A stretch of 49,547 bases of DNA from Polyangiaceae bacterium. Lineage in GTDB: Bacteria; Myxococcota_A; Polyangia; Polyangiales; Polyangiaceae. Positions 28,147-37,040 of this stretch are shown here, one piece after another (the first letter of the stretch is position 1; every line of letters begins with the position of its first letter). A program made the position numbers and the translations under genes. Under the pieces are notes generated by a model that searched no databases, was not told the DNA's origin, and worked only from the letters and a program-made list of their open reading frames with translations. The DNA lies in assembly GCA_044222475.1 (NCBI GenBank), contig JBGANF010000050.1, forward strand, positions 1 through 49,547, written 5' to 3'.

Positions 28147-29887
28147 AGAACATCGCGAGCGGTCCTGCCTCCCACGGCACGTCGAGGGTCTCTCCCTCGA
28201 GCGGAACGTTCATCGCCTGCAGCCGACCGTGCCTCCACACCAGGAAACGCAGGCTCGGATCATCCATCGGACGATCGAGCAGAACGTGCACCTCGGTGGG
28301 CTTCCCGTCCTCGATCGCGGTCACGCGAAAGGTGGCACCGCATTGGTGGGCTTCCTCGCCCACCGTGAAGGGCAACGACTGCGATCGAAACAGCGTCTCG
28401 AACGTGTCCTTCACCATCGGTCCGCGCGTGGTGCGGATCACGATCTCCGCCGGTCCCACTCGGCTGAGCTTCAGATCCTGCCGCGCACCCGACAGCACCG
28501 AGAAGCACGACAGCTCGTCCGGCGTGCGCTCGGCCAGGATCGCGCTCGCGTACATCGTGATCATCGGATCGGAGGTCCCGATGACGAACACGCGCGGTCG
28601 GTTCGGGCCGAGGTCGGCCCCCAACGCGATGGCCTCGGTCTTCCGCCCGATGTCCGCGTTGAACGACACGTTCCCCATCGTGACGAGCGGCGGCAGCACG
28701 AGGTGAACCAGCACGAGAAGACCGGCAGCCACGCGCCGCGCGACGCCGGGCCCACCGAGCCCTCGGCGGATCACGATCGCGAGCAGCGGCGCGAAGCCCA
28801 GGTTCGCGAGCAGCAAGACCCGCGCGCCGGGAAATCCCCCGACCGACGGCACGAGCGAGAGCACCGCGCCGGCGACGAGCCACGGCTGCGCGGTGCGCTC
28901 CTGCGGATCCATCGCCGCGACGCACGCCCGCGCGAGCCCCAGCACGAACAGCGTCGCGACGACTCCGACGATGACGAGCGGCGCTCGCGCGCCGACGCTC
29001 ACGAGCTCCGCCGGCACGCCCGCGATCGCGTTGCCCAACATCACCGGGAGCATCACGGCGGCCCGCGCGGAGAATCGCCCCGGCGCGCTCATCGGGTCCA
29101 TGTAGCCGTCGCTCGCGCTCGCGCCCCCACCGATCGCGGAGTAGAGCGCGACGTACCCGACGACCACGACGACGAGCGGCGCGATTGCCCGTAGACGATC
29201 GCGGAGGGGCTCTTCGCGCGAGAGCGCGGTGTGCGCCAACGCGAACCCGAACATGCCGAGCGCGATCTCGCCCGCGGCGAGCCCGACCGCGAGCCCGACC
29301 GCGGCCAGCACCCCCCGCCACTTCGAGGGCGATCGCACGAACGCATGGAGCCCCAACGCCGCCGGGACGCTGGCGATCACCAAGTGCCGGCTCGAGATCC
29401 AACCGTACGGGTAGAGGTGCGCGGCCGAGATCGCGAACACCACGAGCGCCAGGTTCGCCGTCGCGCGCGGCAGCACGCCGCGAAAGAACACGCCGACGAC
29501 GGCGACGAGCGCGAGGTACCACGCGATCGAGTGAAGGTGGTACCCGAGCGGAGCGTCTCCGAACAGCGCGAGGTCGAGCGCAAACAGCAGCCCCGCCAGC
29601 GGACGCACGAAGTGCAGCTTCAGCGTGGGCGCCGTCCACCACGGGAACGCGCCGATCTCCACGAAGCCGCGGTTCGTCTCGGGGTGGCCGTCGGCGAAGC
29701 GATAGAGATCCCACGCGGGCGGCGACCCCGGCACGCGGCCGAGCAGCTCCGCACGGAACGAGTGGTCGTCGTCGTAGAAGCCGAGCTGGATCGACGGCAG
29801 CGTCACGAGCAGCGTGACGAGCAGGATGACCCACGGCGCCCGGGGTGATTCCAGCGCCCCTCGCAAGCGTTCTCGGAACGACGGCAT
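28145..29887 (-). CDS. Polytopic membrane protein, GT-C/ArnT-PMT-like
   Basis: GFYDDDH in the first loop; FVRPL, PLGYHLHS; more than 10 TM segments. Confidence 0.65.
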   Translation of the reverse strand: MPSFRERLRGALESPRAPWVILLVTLLVTLPSIQLGFYDDDHSFRAELLGRVPGSPPAWDLYRFADGHPETNRGFVEIGAFPWWTAPTLKLHFVRPLAGLLFALDLALFGDAPLGYHLHSIAWYLALVAVVGVFFRGVLPRATANLALVVFAISAAHLYPYGWISSRHLVIASVPAALGLHAFVRSPSKWRGVLAAVGLAVGLAAGEIALGMFGFALAHTALSREEPLRDRLRAIAPLVVVVVGYVALYSAIGGGASASDGYMDPMSAPGRFSARAAVMLPVMLGNAIAGVPAELVSVGARAPLVIVGVVATLFVLGLARACVAAMDPQERTAQPWLVAGAVLSLVPSVGGFPGARVLLLANLGFAPLLAIVIRRGLGGPGVARRVAAGLLVLVHLVLPPLVTMGNVSFNADIGRKTEAIALGADLGPNRPRVFVIGTSDPMITMYASAILAERTPDELSCFSVLSGARQDLKLSRVGPAEIVIRTTRGPMVKDTFETLFRSQSLPFTVGEEAHQCGATFRVTAIEDGKPTEVHVLLDRPMDDPSLRFLVWRHGRLQAMNVPLEGETLDVPWEAGPLAMF

Positions 29888-29934
29888 GCTGGGCCGACGA
29901 GGTAGGGCGCGCGGGGCGAAAAGTCGAGCCCGCG

Positions 29935-30777
29935 CTACTTCGTTCCCACGATGCACCGCGCCGCGCCCGGGACGCGGATCGCGCCGTCCTTCTCGAACGC
30001 GCGCACGCTCGCGATCGCGTGGGCTCGAGTTCGCTGCCGCGCCGGCTCGTCGACCTTCTGCAGCGCCGCCACCGCGATCGAGACGTGCTCGCTGATCATG
30101 TCCCAGTACTCCTCCGGCGATCGCGTCACGAGCTCGACCCCGACGTCCCACTCGGCGACGTCGCGCAGCCCCGCGCGTTCGAACAGCGCACCGACGGAGC
30201 CTGCGGCCGCGCACCGATACATGTGCGGCCCGCTGGGGTCGGGTGGGGGCAACGTGACCTCGGTCGCGATGGCCTGCATCGCGATCGACGTCCACGGGTT
30301 CGCCTCGGGTTTGACCCACACCGACGCGCAGAGGCGTCCGCCCGGCTTCAGCACGCGCGCGAGCTCCGCCGTCGCCTTCGCCATGTCGGGGAAGAACATG
30401 TACCCGAAACGTACCGACACGCCGTCGAACGTGGCGTCGTCGAACGGCAGATCATCGGCGCTGCACGGCTTGGTCTCGACGTGGGCGAGCCCCTGCGCCC
30501 GGGCTCGTCGCGCCGCGACGTCCAGCATCTCCGGCGCGAGGTCGGTCAGAACGACGCGCCCTTTCGGCGCGAGCTTCGCGATGCTCAGCCCTGGCTCCCC
30601 GGTGCCGGACGCGATGTCGAGGTACCGACCGTCGACGGCGATGCCGAGGCGCTCGATCATCGCGGCGCCCACCGGGCCGAGCTGGTGCATGATCACCGAG
30701 TCCCACTTGTCCCAGCCCGCGGAGAGCCCGGCCCAGGCGGCTCGTTGTCGATCTCGGATCTCGTCGTCGCTCGGCAT
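29935..30777 (-). CDS. Class I SAM-dependent methyltransferase
   Basis: YLDIASGTG, DLAPEML, LPFDDATFD, RVLKPGG. Confidence 0.9.
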   Translation of the reverse strand: MPSDDEIRDRQRAAWAGLSAGWDKWDSVIMHQLGPVGAAMIERLGIAVDGRYLDIASGTGEPGLSIAKLAPKGRVVLTDLAPEMLDVAARRARAQGLAHVETKPCSADDLPFDDATFDGVSVRFGYMFFPDMAKATAELARVLKPGGRLCASVWVKPEANPWTSIAMQAIATEVTLPPPDPSGPHMYRCAAAGSVGALFERAGLRDVAEWDVGVELVTRSPEEYWDMISEHVSIAVAALQKVDEPARQRTRAHAIASVRAFEKDGAIRVPGAARCIVGTK

Positions 30778-30804
30778 CGGGGATGGACGCTACCCTGCGT
30801 CCTC

Positions 30805-31629
30805 ATGAACGTCACCACCGCCACGCTTCCCCTTCGGTCCGGCGGCTCGATTCCCGTCGTCGGTCTCGGTGTCTGGCAATCGCCTCGCGGCGCGGTCACG
30901 CGCGACGCCGTCGCGACCGCGCTGCGCCTCGGGTATCGCCACGTCGACACCGCGCGCATCTACGGCAACGAGGTCGACGTCGGCGAGGGCGTCCGCACGA
31001 GCGGCGTTCCGCGCAGCGAGGTCTTCGTCACCACGAAGCTGTGGAACGACGACCAAGGCTTCGACTCGGCGCTCCGCGCGTTCGACGCCAGCATGAAGCG
31101 CCTCGCGCTCGAATACATTGACCTCTATCTGATCCACTGGCCGGTCGGCGATCGCCGCAAGGACTCGTGGCGCGCGCTCGAGCGGATCAAGAGCGAAGGG
31201 CGCGCGAAGCACATCGGCGTGTCGAACTACCTGGTGCCCCACCTCGACGAGCTCGAGACCTACGCGACCGAGCTCCCGGCGGTGAACCAGATCGAGATCC
31301 ACCCGTTCCTCCAACACCGCGACACGCGCGCGTGGTGCAAGGCGAAGAATGTCGTCGTCGAAGCGTACAGCCCGCTCGGTAACGGCCGGTTCCTGAACCA
31401 CCCGGCGATCGGCGCGATCGCGAAGCGCGTCTCCCGCACGCCGGCGCAGGTGCTCTTGCGGTGGGGCGTGCAGCACGGCCTGGTCACGCTCCCGAAGTCC
31501 GTGCGCGAGCCGCGCATCGCCGAGAACGCGGCGCTGTTCGACTTCGCGCTCGACGAGGCGGCGATGACCGAGCTCGACGGGCTCGAAGCAGGCAGCGCGA
31601 CCGGGTGGGATCCGCGCGACCAGCGCTGA
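30805..31629 (+). CDS. Aldo/keto reductase (DkgA-like)
   Basis: GLGVW, GYRHVDTARIYGNE, TTKLW, DLYLIHWP, IGVSNY, LPKS. Confidence 0.93.
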   Translation: MNVTTATLPLRSGGSIPVVGLGVWQSPRGAVTRDAVATALRLGYRHVDTARIYGNEVDVGEGVRTSGVPRSEVFVTTKLWNDDQGFDSALRAFDASMKRLALEYIDLYLIHWPVGDRRKDSWRALERIKSEGRAKHIGVSNYLVPHLDELETYATELPAVNQIEIHPFLQHRDTRAWCKAKNVVVEAYSPLGNGRFLNHPAIGAIAKRVSRTPAQVLLRWGVQHGLVTLPKSVREPRIAENAALFDFALDEAAMTELDGLEAGSATGWDPRDQR

Positions 31630-31716
31630 TGCGTGGGCGCAGCAGCAGATCGAAGCGGTCGACGCCGAGCTGGCCTAGTGGAGCCGAGGCCCATACGCTC
31701 TCACTGAGGACGGAAG

Positions 31717-32331
31717 ATGCTCGAGAGGCTCGACGAGATCGACTGGAGCAACCTGGTCCACGCATACGGCGAGGCGTCCGACGTACCAGGGCTCATTCGC
31801 GCCCTCGTGTCGCCCGATGCGGAAGAGCGAGACTCTGCTTACGGAGAGTTGTTCGCAAACATTTGGCATCAGGGGACCGTCTACGAGGCGAGCGTTCATG
31901 CTCTCCCGTTTCTCATCGATCTGCTCGAGGCTGGCGGAACGCCGGAGCGTGAATCTCTCGCGCTCCTCGTCGCGAGCATCATGAGCGGACGCGGGTACTA
32001 CGAGGTGCACTTCGCGAAGGACCGGATCAATCCGTTCACCGGAAAGCCCGTTGATCCGAGCCTCGACATCGACGCGAGGCTTCTCGAAGAGAAGAAGGTC
32101 GTCGCTGGAGTGCGCGAGCGCGGAGCTCGCGCGGTGCCACTACTTCTTCCGTTCCTGATAGATGAAGTGGGCGACGTCCGGTCAGGCGTTGCACAGGCGC
32201 TCGCCGAGTACCCGTCACTAGCGGCAAGCACCGCTCCGGCGATCAGAGCCGCGCTCGCGGTCGAGCCCGACGAAGAGGTGCGACTGGTCATGCGCGCCGC
32301 ATTGCAGGATCTCGCCAAGAGCCTCGCCTAG
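31717..32331 (+). CDS. HEAT-repeat protein
   Basis: LDEIDWSNLVHAYGEASDVPGLI...IWHQGTVY...EPDEEVR; visibly more A/T-ending codons than its neighbours. Confidence 0.75.
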   Translation: MLERLDEIDWSNLVHAYGEASDVPGLIRALVSPDAEERDSAYGELFANIWHQGTVYEASVHALPFLIDLLEAGGTPERESLALLVASIMSGRGYYEVHFAKDRINPFTGKPVDPSLDIDARLLEEKKVVAGVRERGARAVPLLLPFLIDEVGDVRSGVAQALAEYPSLAASTAPAIRAALAVEPDEEVRLVMRAALQDLAKSLA

Positions 32332-32336
32332 CCAGG

Positions 32337-32873
32337 TCACGGCTCGGGCGCGGCGGTGAAGGCGCGCCACGTTGCGATGCCGTCGTCGAGGAACGCTTCG
32401 ACCCGGCGCGCTTGGTCTCCGTGGACGGTGACGAAGACCGGGGTGGCGGTCTTCCCGGTGTGGATGAACGTGGCGATGTGATCCTCACCGTGGTCGTCGA
32501 CCTCGACGCGGGCGATGTCCCGCAACGAGAACTTCTGGAGCTCGGTGCGGCGGAAGGCGCGGCGCTTCGTGATCTCGAGGATGCCCTCCTCGACGCGCAC
32601 GACGTAGCGGAGCTGCTCGTCCGAGAGCGCGACGAGCACCGCGGCGAGGACCGCGGTCACCGGTGTGGCGACGAGGATCGTGCGCACGGCGGTGCCGGAG
32701 TCGAACCCAGGGCCGGGGGCCCAGTGCGCGACCGCGGCCAAGACGAGGCCGAAGACCACCGCGAGGCCGCTCCACACGCCCATCGCGAACGTCCCCAACG
32801 TCTGCATCGTGAGCTCGCGCACGTCGGGCTGACGCTCGGGACCGGGAGGCGCGGGAGCGCGGTAGGCGGACAC
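32337..32873 (-). CDS. Hypothetical 2-TM membrane protein with PH-like C-terminus
   Basis: GTG start giving MSAYRAP...; two hydrophobic helices. Start uncertain. Confidence 0.6.
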   Translation of the reverse strand: MSAYRAPAPPGPERQPDVRELTMQTLGTFAMGVWSGLAVVFGLVLAAVAHWAPGPGFDSGTAVRTILVATPVTAVLAAVLVALSDEQLRYVVRVEEGILEITKRRAFRRTELQKFSLRDIARVEVDDHGEDHIATFIHTGKTATPVFVTVHGDQARRVEAFLDDGIATWRAFTAAPEP

Positions 32874-32937
32874 CGATGCGAGGCTACACGCGTTCGCACT
32901 GCGGTCGACTCGGATCCGGCCTGCTACGCTCGTTCGA

Positions 32938-33297
32938 GTGACGCCTCGACTCTTCGCCGGTGCGGCAGCCACGATCTGCATGCTGGTGGCGTGTGCGTCG
33001 GACCCGCCGAGCGTTCCCGGCTTCGACTGCGGGGCCTGGACCGACCACGTGTGTCCGCCAGCGAGCAAGTGCGTGATGAAAGAGTGCGACCACAACGACT
33101 GCCCGACGTCCTGCATCGCCACGACGCCATGCGATCCGTCACACGATGCTTGTCCGAACGCGACCGTCTGCGATCCATCGACGAGCTACTGCATGCCGCG
33201 CACGATCTGCAAGACGAAGGCGGACTGCAAACCCGACGAGCTCTGCCTCACCGGCGCGAACATGCCTTTTGCGCATCCCGTCTGCTACCGCGAGTGA
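32938..33297 (+). CDS. Small Cys-rich lipoprotein
   Basis: MLVAC lipobox; 14 further Cys. Confidence 0.7.
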   Translation: MTPRLFAGAAATICMLVACASDPPSVPGFDCGAWTDHVCPPASKCVMKECDHNDCPTSCIATTPCDPSHDACPNATVCDPSTSYCMPRTICKTKADCKPDELCLTGANMPFAHPVCYRE

Positions 33298-33321
33298 TCG
33301 AGGTCCGTCGCTTTGGACTTG

Positions 33322-34014
33322 ATGTCTCTCGATTCGGGGAAGGCTCGTCAGCTCGCGTTGCCGATCTCGGCGAACGGTGGGGCCCATCGAAAGCCGCGCA
33401 TCGGTCGGCCTCCGAAGCCTCGGTCCGTGTCGCACCGCGCGCGCGAAACGTTCGACGGGGCCCACGCCGCGATTCACGTCACGGTCCGCATGGCTCGCGA
33501 TGTGCCGAATTTGCGAAGCCAACGCGGCTTCCGTGCCGTCGAGCACGCGCTCGAGGCCGAAGAACGCCGCGGCGAGCTGCGCGTCACGCACTACTCGGTG
33601 CAAGGAAATCACCTGCACCTGGTGGTCGAGGCCGACGACCGCACCGTGCTCTCCCGTCGCATGCAGGGGTTCTCGATCCGTCTCGCGAAGCGCATCAACC
33701 GCGACGTGATGCGCCGCCCCCGCGGCCGGGTGCTGGACCATCGGTATCACGCGAGCGTCCTCGCAACGCCGTCCGCGGTGCGCAACGCGATCGCGTACGT
33801 GCTGTTCAATCGAGCCCACCACGTGCCCACGACCGACCGCGATCTTCTCGATCCGTACTCGTCGGCGCGAGTCGAAACGCATTTCGCGCACGAGGTCCGC
33901 GTGCCGGCCTGGTCGCCGGGAACGGGACCCCCGCCGGTCAGCGAGCCGAGCACCTGGTTGCTGCGGGCGGGCTATCGCCGAGCCGGGCGGATCGCGAACA
34001 CGTTCGTGAGCTGA
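33322..34014 (+). mobile_element. HUH Y1 transposase (RAYT-like), copy 2
   Basis: IHVTVR, HYSVQGNHLHLVVEA, AIAYVLFN; about 83% aa identical to copy 1 by manual alignment (34 differences in 204 aa). Confidence 0.85.
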
Positions 34015-34070
34015 GCCCTTCAGCGTGTCGATCGATCCAAGGCCGCACCGCGCAATGTGTCCAACGCGCG

Positions 34071-34625
34071 ATGTCGCGCGCCGTCGTGGTCGTCCTGGGG
34101 CTACTTGCCGTCGTCGCTTGTGCTCACGCGCCCACTCGCGAGAGTTGCCTCGCCGGCAAAGGGTTCTGGGCCGACGCCAACGGTGGGGGGACTTGCTACG
34201 ACGGCAGCGAGAACGAGCGATCACTCGATGGGCTCGCGCTCGGCAAGCTCGACTCGCTGTTCGGATCGCCGACCCTCCCAGCGACGACCGACGCGATCTT
34301 GGGGTGGACCGTCCAGCGCGGGGCCAAGACGACCTGCGGCGACGACACGACGACCGACTGCACCGCCGGCCCGATCACCGTGGGCTCGCAGCCGGTCACG
34401 CTGCACTTCCACCTGAGGGAAGCTCGCGGCGAGCGGCGTGCGTACGCGGTCGACCTCGAAGGCGTCGACGGCAGCGAGCTCGGCGCCACCGCGAACGAGG
34501 CGATCGGCAAGTCGGCATCGGCGTGCCAGGCCGGACACGAAGAGATCTGGGTGCTCGAGGGAGGGCTCCTTCGCGTCGGAGCGAAGAGCGCCACGTTCCT
34601 CGTGTCCGGCAAAGCGTGCCCGTGA
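34071..34625 (+). CDS. Hypothetical lipoprotein
   Basis: MSRAVVVVLGLLAVVAC lipobox. Confidence 0.7.
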   Translation: MSRAVVVVLGLLAVVACAHAPTRESCLAGKGFWADANGGGTCYDGSENERSLDGLALGKLDSLFGSPTLPATTDAILGWTVQRGAKTTCGDDTTTDCTAGPITVGSQPVTLHFHLREARGERRAYAVDLEGVDGSELGATANEAIGKSASACQAGHEEIWVLEGGLLRVGAKSATFLVSGKACP

Positions 34626-34629
34626 TCTT

Positions 34630-34986
34630 CTAGAGCGCCGCGCAGTCGTAGGTCTCGACCGGAAGCTTCGCCGCGTCGAGGCCCGGGATGCACCGCAGGT
34701 TGATCGCGACCGTCTCGCCGCCTTTGGCGCTCGTGCCGTGCGCGTACGCGCGAACGCCGCACGTCGTGCAGAAGACGTAGTGGATGCTCTTCTTGCCGAA
34801 TTGGTAGTCGCGCACGGCGTCTTTGCCGGACACGAGCCGAAACGCGGTCGCGGGCACGAACGAGAGCAGCGCACCGGTGCGACTGCACATCGAGCAATTG
34901 CCGCCGAACGCCTTCGTCGGCGGGGCCATCGTGACCTCGTACTTCACGGCGCCGCAGTGACAGCTTCCCTCGTAGGTGGTTTCCAT
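34630..34986 (-). CDS. GFA (glutathione-dependent formaldehyde-activating) family protein
   Basis: YEGSCHCGAV, NCSMC, FCTTCG, AINLRC. Confidence 0.9.
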   Translation of the reverse strand: METTYEGSCHCGAVKYEVTMAPPTKAFGGNCSMCSRTGALLSFVPATAFRLVSGKDAVRDYQFGKKSIHYVFCTTCGVRAYAHGTSAKGGETVAINLRCIPGLDAAKLPVETYDCAAL

Positions 34987-35036
34987 GCGCGGAGGATGCC
35001 TCGAACGCAGCGACCTCGTATTGTAGAAACGCGACA

Positions 35037-35825
35037 GTGAGCACCCACGGCATCCTCAATCCGTCGGCAGGTCGCGGTCGGTTCACGCTCGACCGCATCG
35101 AGCCGTCCAAGGCGCTCGCGGCGATCGTCGAGCGCTACTGGATCGTGCGCTGGGATCTCCGCGCGGCGCCGCCGTTCGTGCAGGAGACGCTGCCGCATCC
35201 GAACGTGAACCTGGTCGTGGGCACGCACCGACCCGGCGTTCACGGCGTCGGGACGCAGCGCTTCGCGGCCGAGCTCGACGGAAGAGGCTGGGCCTTCGGC
35301 GTGAAGTTCCGGCCGGGCGGGTTCTTCCCGCTCTACCGGCGCGATGTCAGCGAGCTCACCGAGATGGAGCGACCCATCGCCGACGTCTTCGGCGCCGACG
35401 GCGCGGCGCTCGAGGCCGAGGCCCTGTCGCGAAGCGGCGACGCATCGAGCGTCGACCTGTTCGAACGATTCATCGCCGAGCGCGCCGTCGCGGACGCGAA
35501 CGTCGAGCTCGCGTCGCGCGCCGTCGATCTCGCGCGCTCGGATCCCTCGATGGGACGCGCCGACGCGCTCGCCGCTCGCGCCGGCCTGACGATGCGCACG
35601 CTCGAGCGGTTGTTCCAGCGCTACGTCGGCGTGTCGCCGAAATGGGTGATCCGCCGCCATCGCGTCCACGAGGCGTGCGAGCGCGTCGCGGCGGGCATCG
35701 TCCCGCGCTGGTCGGAGCTCGCGCACGATCTGGGCTACGCGGACCAGTCGCACTTCATTCGGGAGTTCAAGACGCAGGTCGGCTGCACGCCGCAGCAGTA
35801 CGCGGCGCGCTGCCAGAACGCCTGA
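35037..35825 (+). CDS. AraC-family regulator (DUF6597-type N-domain)
   Basis: YWIVRWDL, GVKFRPGG, GYADQSHFIREFK; divergent from the GFA gene. Confidence 0.9.
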   Translation: MSTHGILNPSAGRGRFTLDRIEPSKALAAIVERYWIVRWDLRAAPPFVQETLPHPNVNLVVGTHRPGVHGVGTQRFAAELDGRGWAFGVKFRPGGFFPLYRRDVSELTEMERPIADVFGADGAALEAEALSRSGDASSVDLFERFIAERAVADANVELASRAVDLARSDPSMGRADALAARAGLTMRTLERLFQRYVGVSPKWVIRRHRVHEACERVAAGIVPRWSELAHDLGYADQSHFIREFKTQVGCTPQQYAARCQNA

Positions 35826-35999
35826 CCGGGAGCCGGCCGGGTGCGCGTAGGTCTTGACGAACATGACAGACGCCCAGGCTCGCCGTCATCGCCGCCGGGT
35901 CGGCGCTCGATTCGCCCTGGCCGACCTCGCCGCGAATGTCGGTCGCATCCTGAAGGCCCAGGCGTCCCGCTGACGGAGGTGGCCGGAAAACGTGGGTAG

Positions 36000-36032
36000 C
36001 GAAACATCATGTTTCGGAGACATCATGTCTGT
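36000..36032. promoter_or_regulatory. Tandem palindromic sites, 16-bp period
   Basis: CGAAACAT-C-ATGTTTCG followed by AGACAT-C-ATGTCT. Confidence 0.5.
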
Positions 36033-36175
36033 CACGTGTCCTCGAGCTCCTGCTCGATGCGAACACCGACGCGTGCAGGGTTCCCCATTCGTCCTCGCAG
36101 ATTCGGACATAGACTCCGAAATTGCGAAGACGTCGAGCCATGGCGACGGGCTGATTTCACCCGTAGCCTGTCCGC

Positions 36176-36949
36176 ATGCGTTGGCTTCCGCTCCTGGCTC
36201 TGGTCGCGTGTGGCGGGAGCGTGGCGTCGAGCGACGACGCCGGCGCCGACGCGAGCACGCCGAAGAAGGACGGCGCGGCACCGAAGGATGCTTCTCTGGA
36301 GGCTGCGGTCGACACCGTCCCGCTCGACGGCCGCACCGTCGTCTCGCCGAACGGCACGGACCTCGCGCAGGTCGAGGTGTGCGTCTTCCAGCGTCCCGAA
36401 TTGGGATGCGTGACGAGCGGTCCCGATGGCTCGTTCACGATCGGCCTGCCGTCCAACTCGGAGACTGGAGTCACGCTCACGCGCGCCGGCTACGCATCGG
36501 TCTTGGTGCCGCTGGTCGTCGGGAGCAGCCCGCTGAAGTACACGATGGGCGTTCCGACGGCGCAGGGTCGCACGTCGCTCTTCGCGGCGTTCGGCGCGAA
36601 GTACCCGGATCCCGCGCATGGATTCGTGATGCTCGTCGGCACGCTGAAGGGCCAGTCCGAGCTCGATCTCGACGGTGCGAGCGCCACGATCGATGCGACC
36701 AGCGGAACCGGACCGCACTACATGGACGTGAACGGCAACCCGGATCCGGCGGCGACGAGCACGTCGTCCTACAGCATGCTGTTCTTCGCCAACGTCGATC
36801 CCGGGACGTACGTCGCCAAGCTGACGCCCGTCACGATGAGCTGCTTCCAGAACTTCGGCGGCTGGACGACGGCGCAGCTGAACGCGACGAGGTTTCCGGT
36901 GGCGGCGGGATTCGAGACCCACGTGGGTCTGGCCTGCGCGAAGCCGTGA
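36176..36949 (+). CDS. Lipoprotein with carboxypeptidase-regulatory-like domains
   Basis: LALVAC lipobox; TSGPDGSF, FFANVDPGTY. Confidence 0.78.
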   Translation: MRWLPLLALVACGGSVASSDDAGADASTPKKDGAAPKDASLEAAVDTVPLDGRTVVSPNGTDLAQVEVCVFQRPELGCVTSGPDGSFTIGLPSNSETGVTLTRAGYASVLVPLVVGSSPLKYTMGVPTAQGRTSLFAAFGAKYPDPAHGFVMLVGTLKGQSELDLDGASATIDATSGTGPHYMDVNGNPDPAATSTSSYSMLFFANVDPGTYVAKLTPVTMSCFQNFGGWTTAQLNATRFPVAAGFETHVGLACAKP

Positions 36950-37040
36950 AGGAGCGGGGTAACGCGAAGCGCGTCGATGGCGGTCGTGCAGAGGACGTCA
37001 TCGGACCTGCGGCTCGACGCGCGGGGGCCTTCAAAACCTC

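Noticed and set aside
36969..37022. GCGCGTCGA/TCGACGCGC inverted repeat between convergent genes
   Set aside because: Short and GC-rich; at most an ordinary terminator-like hairpin.
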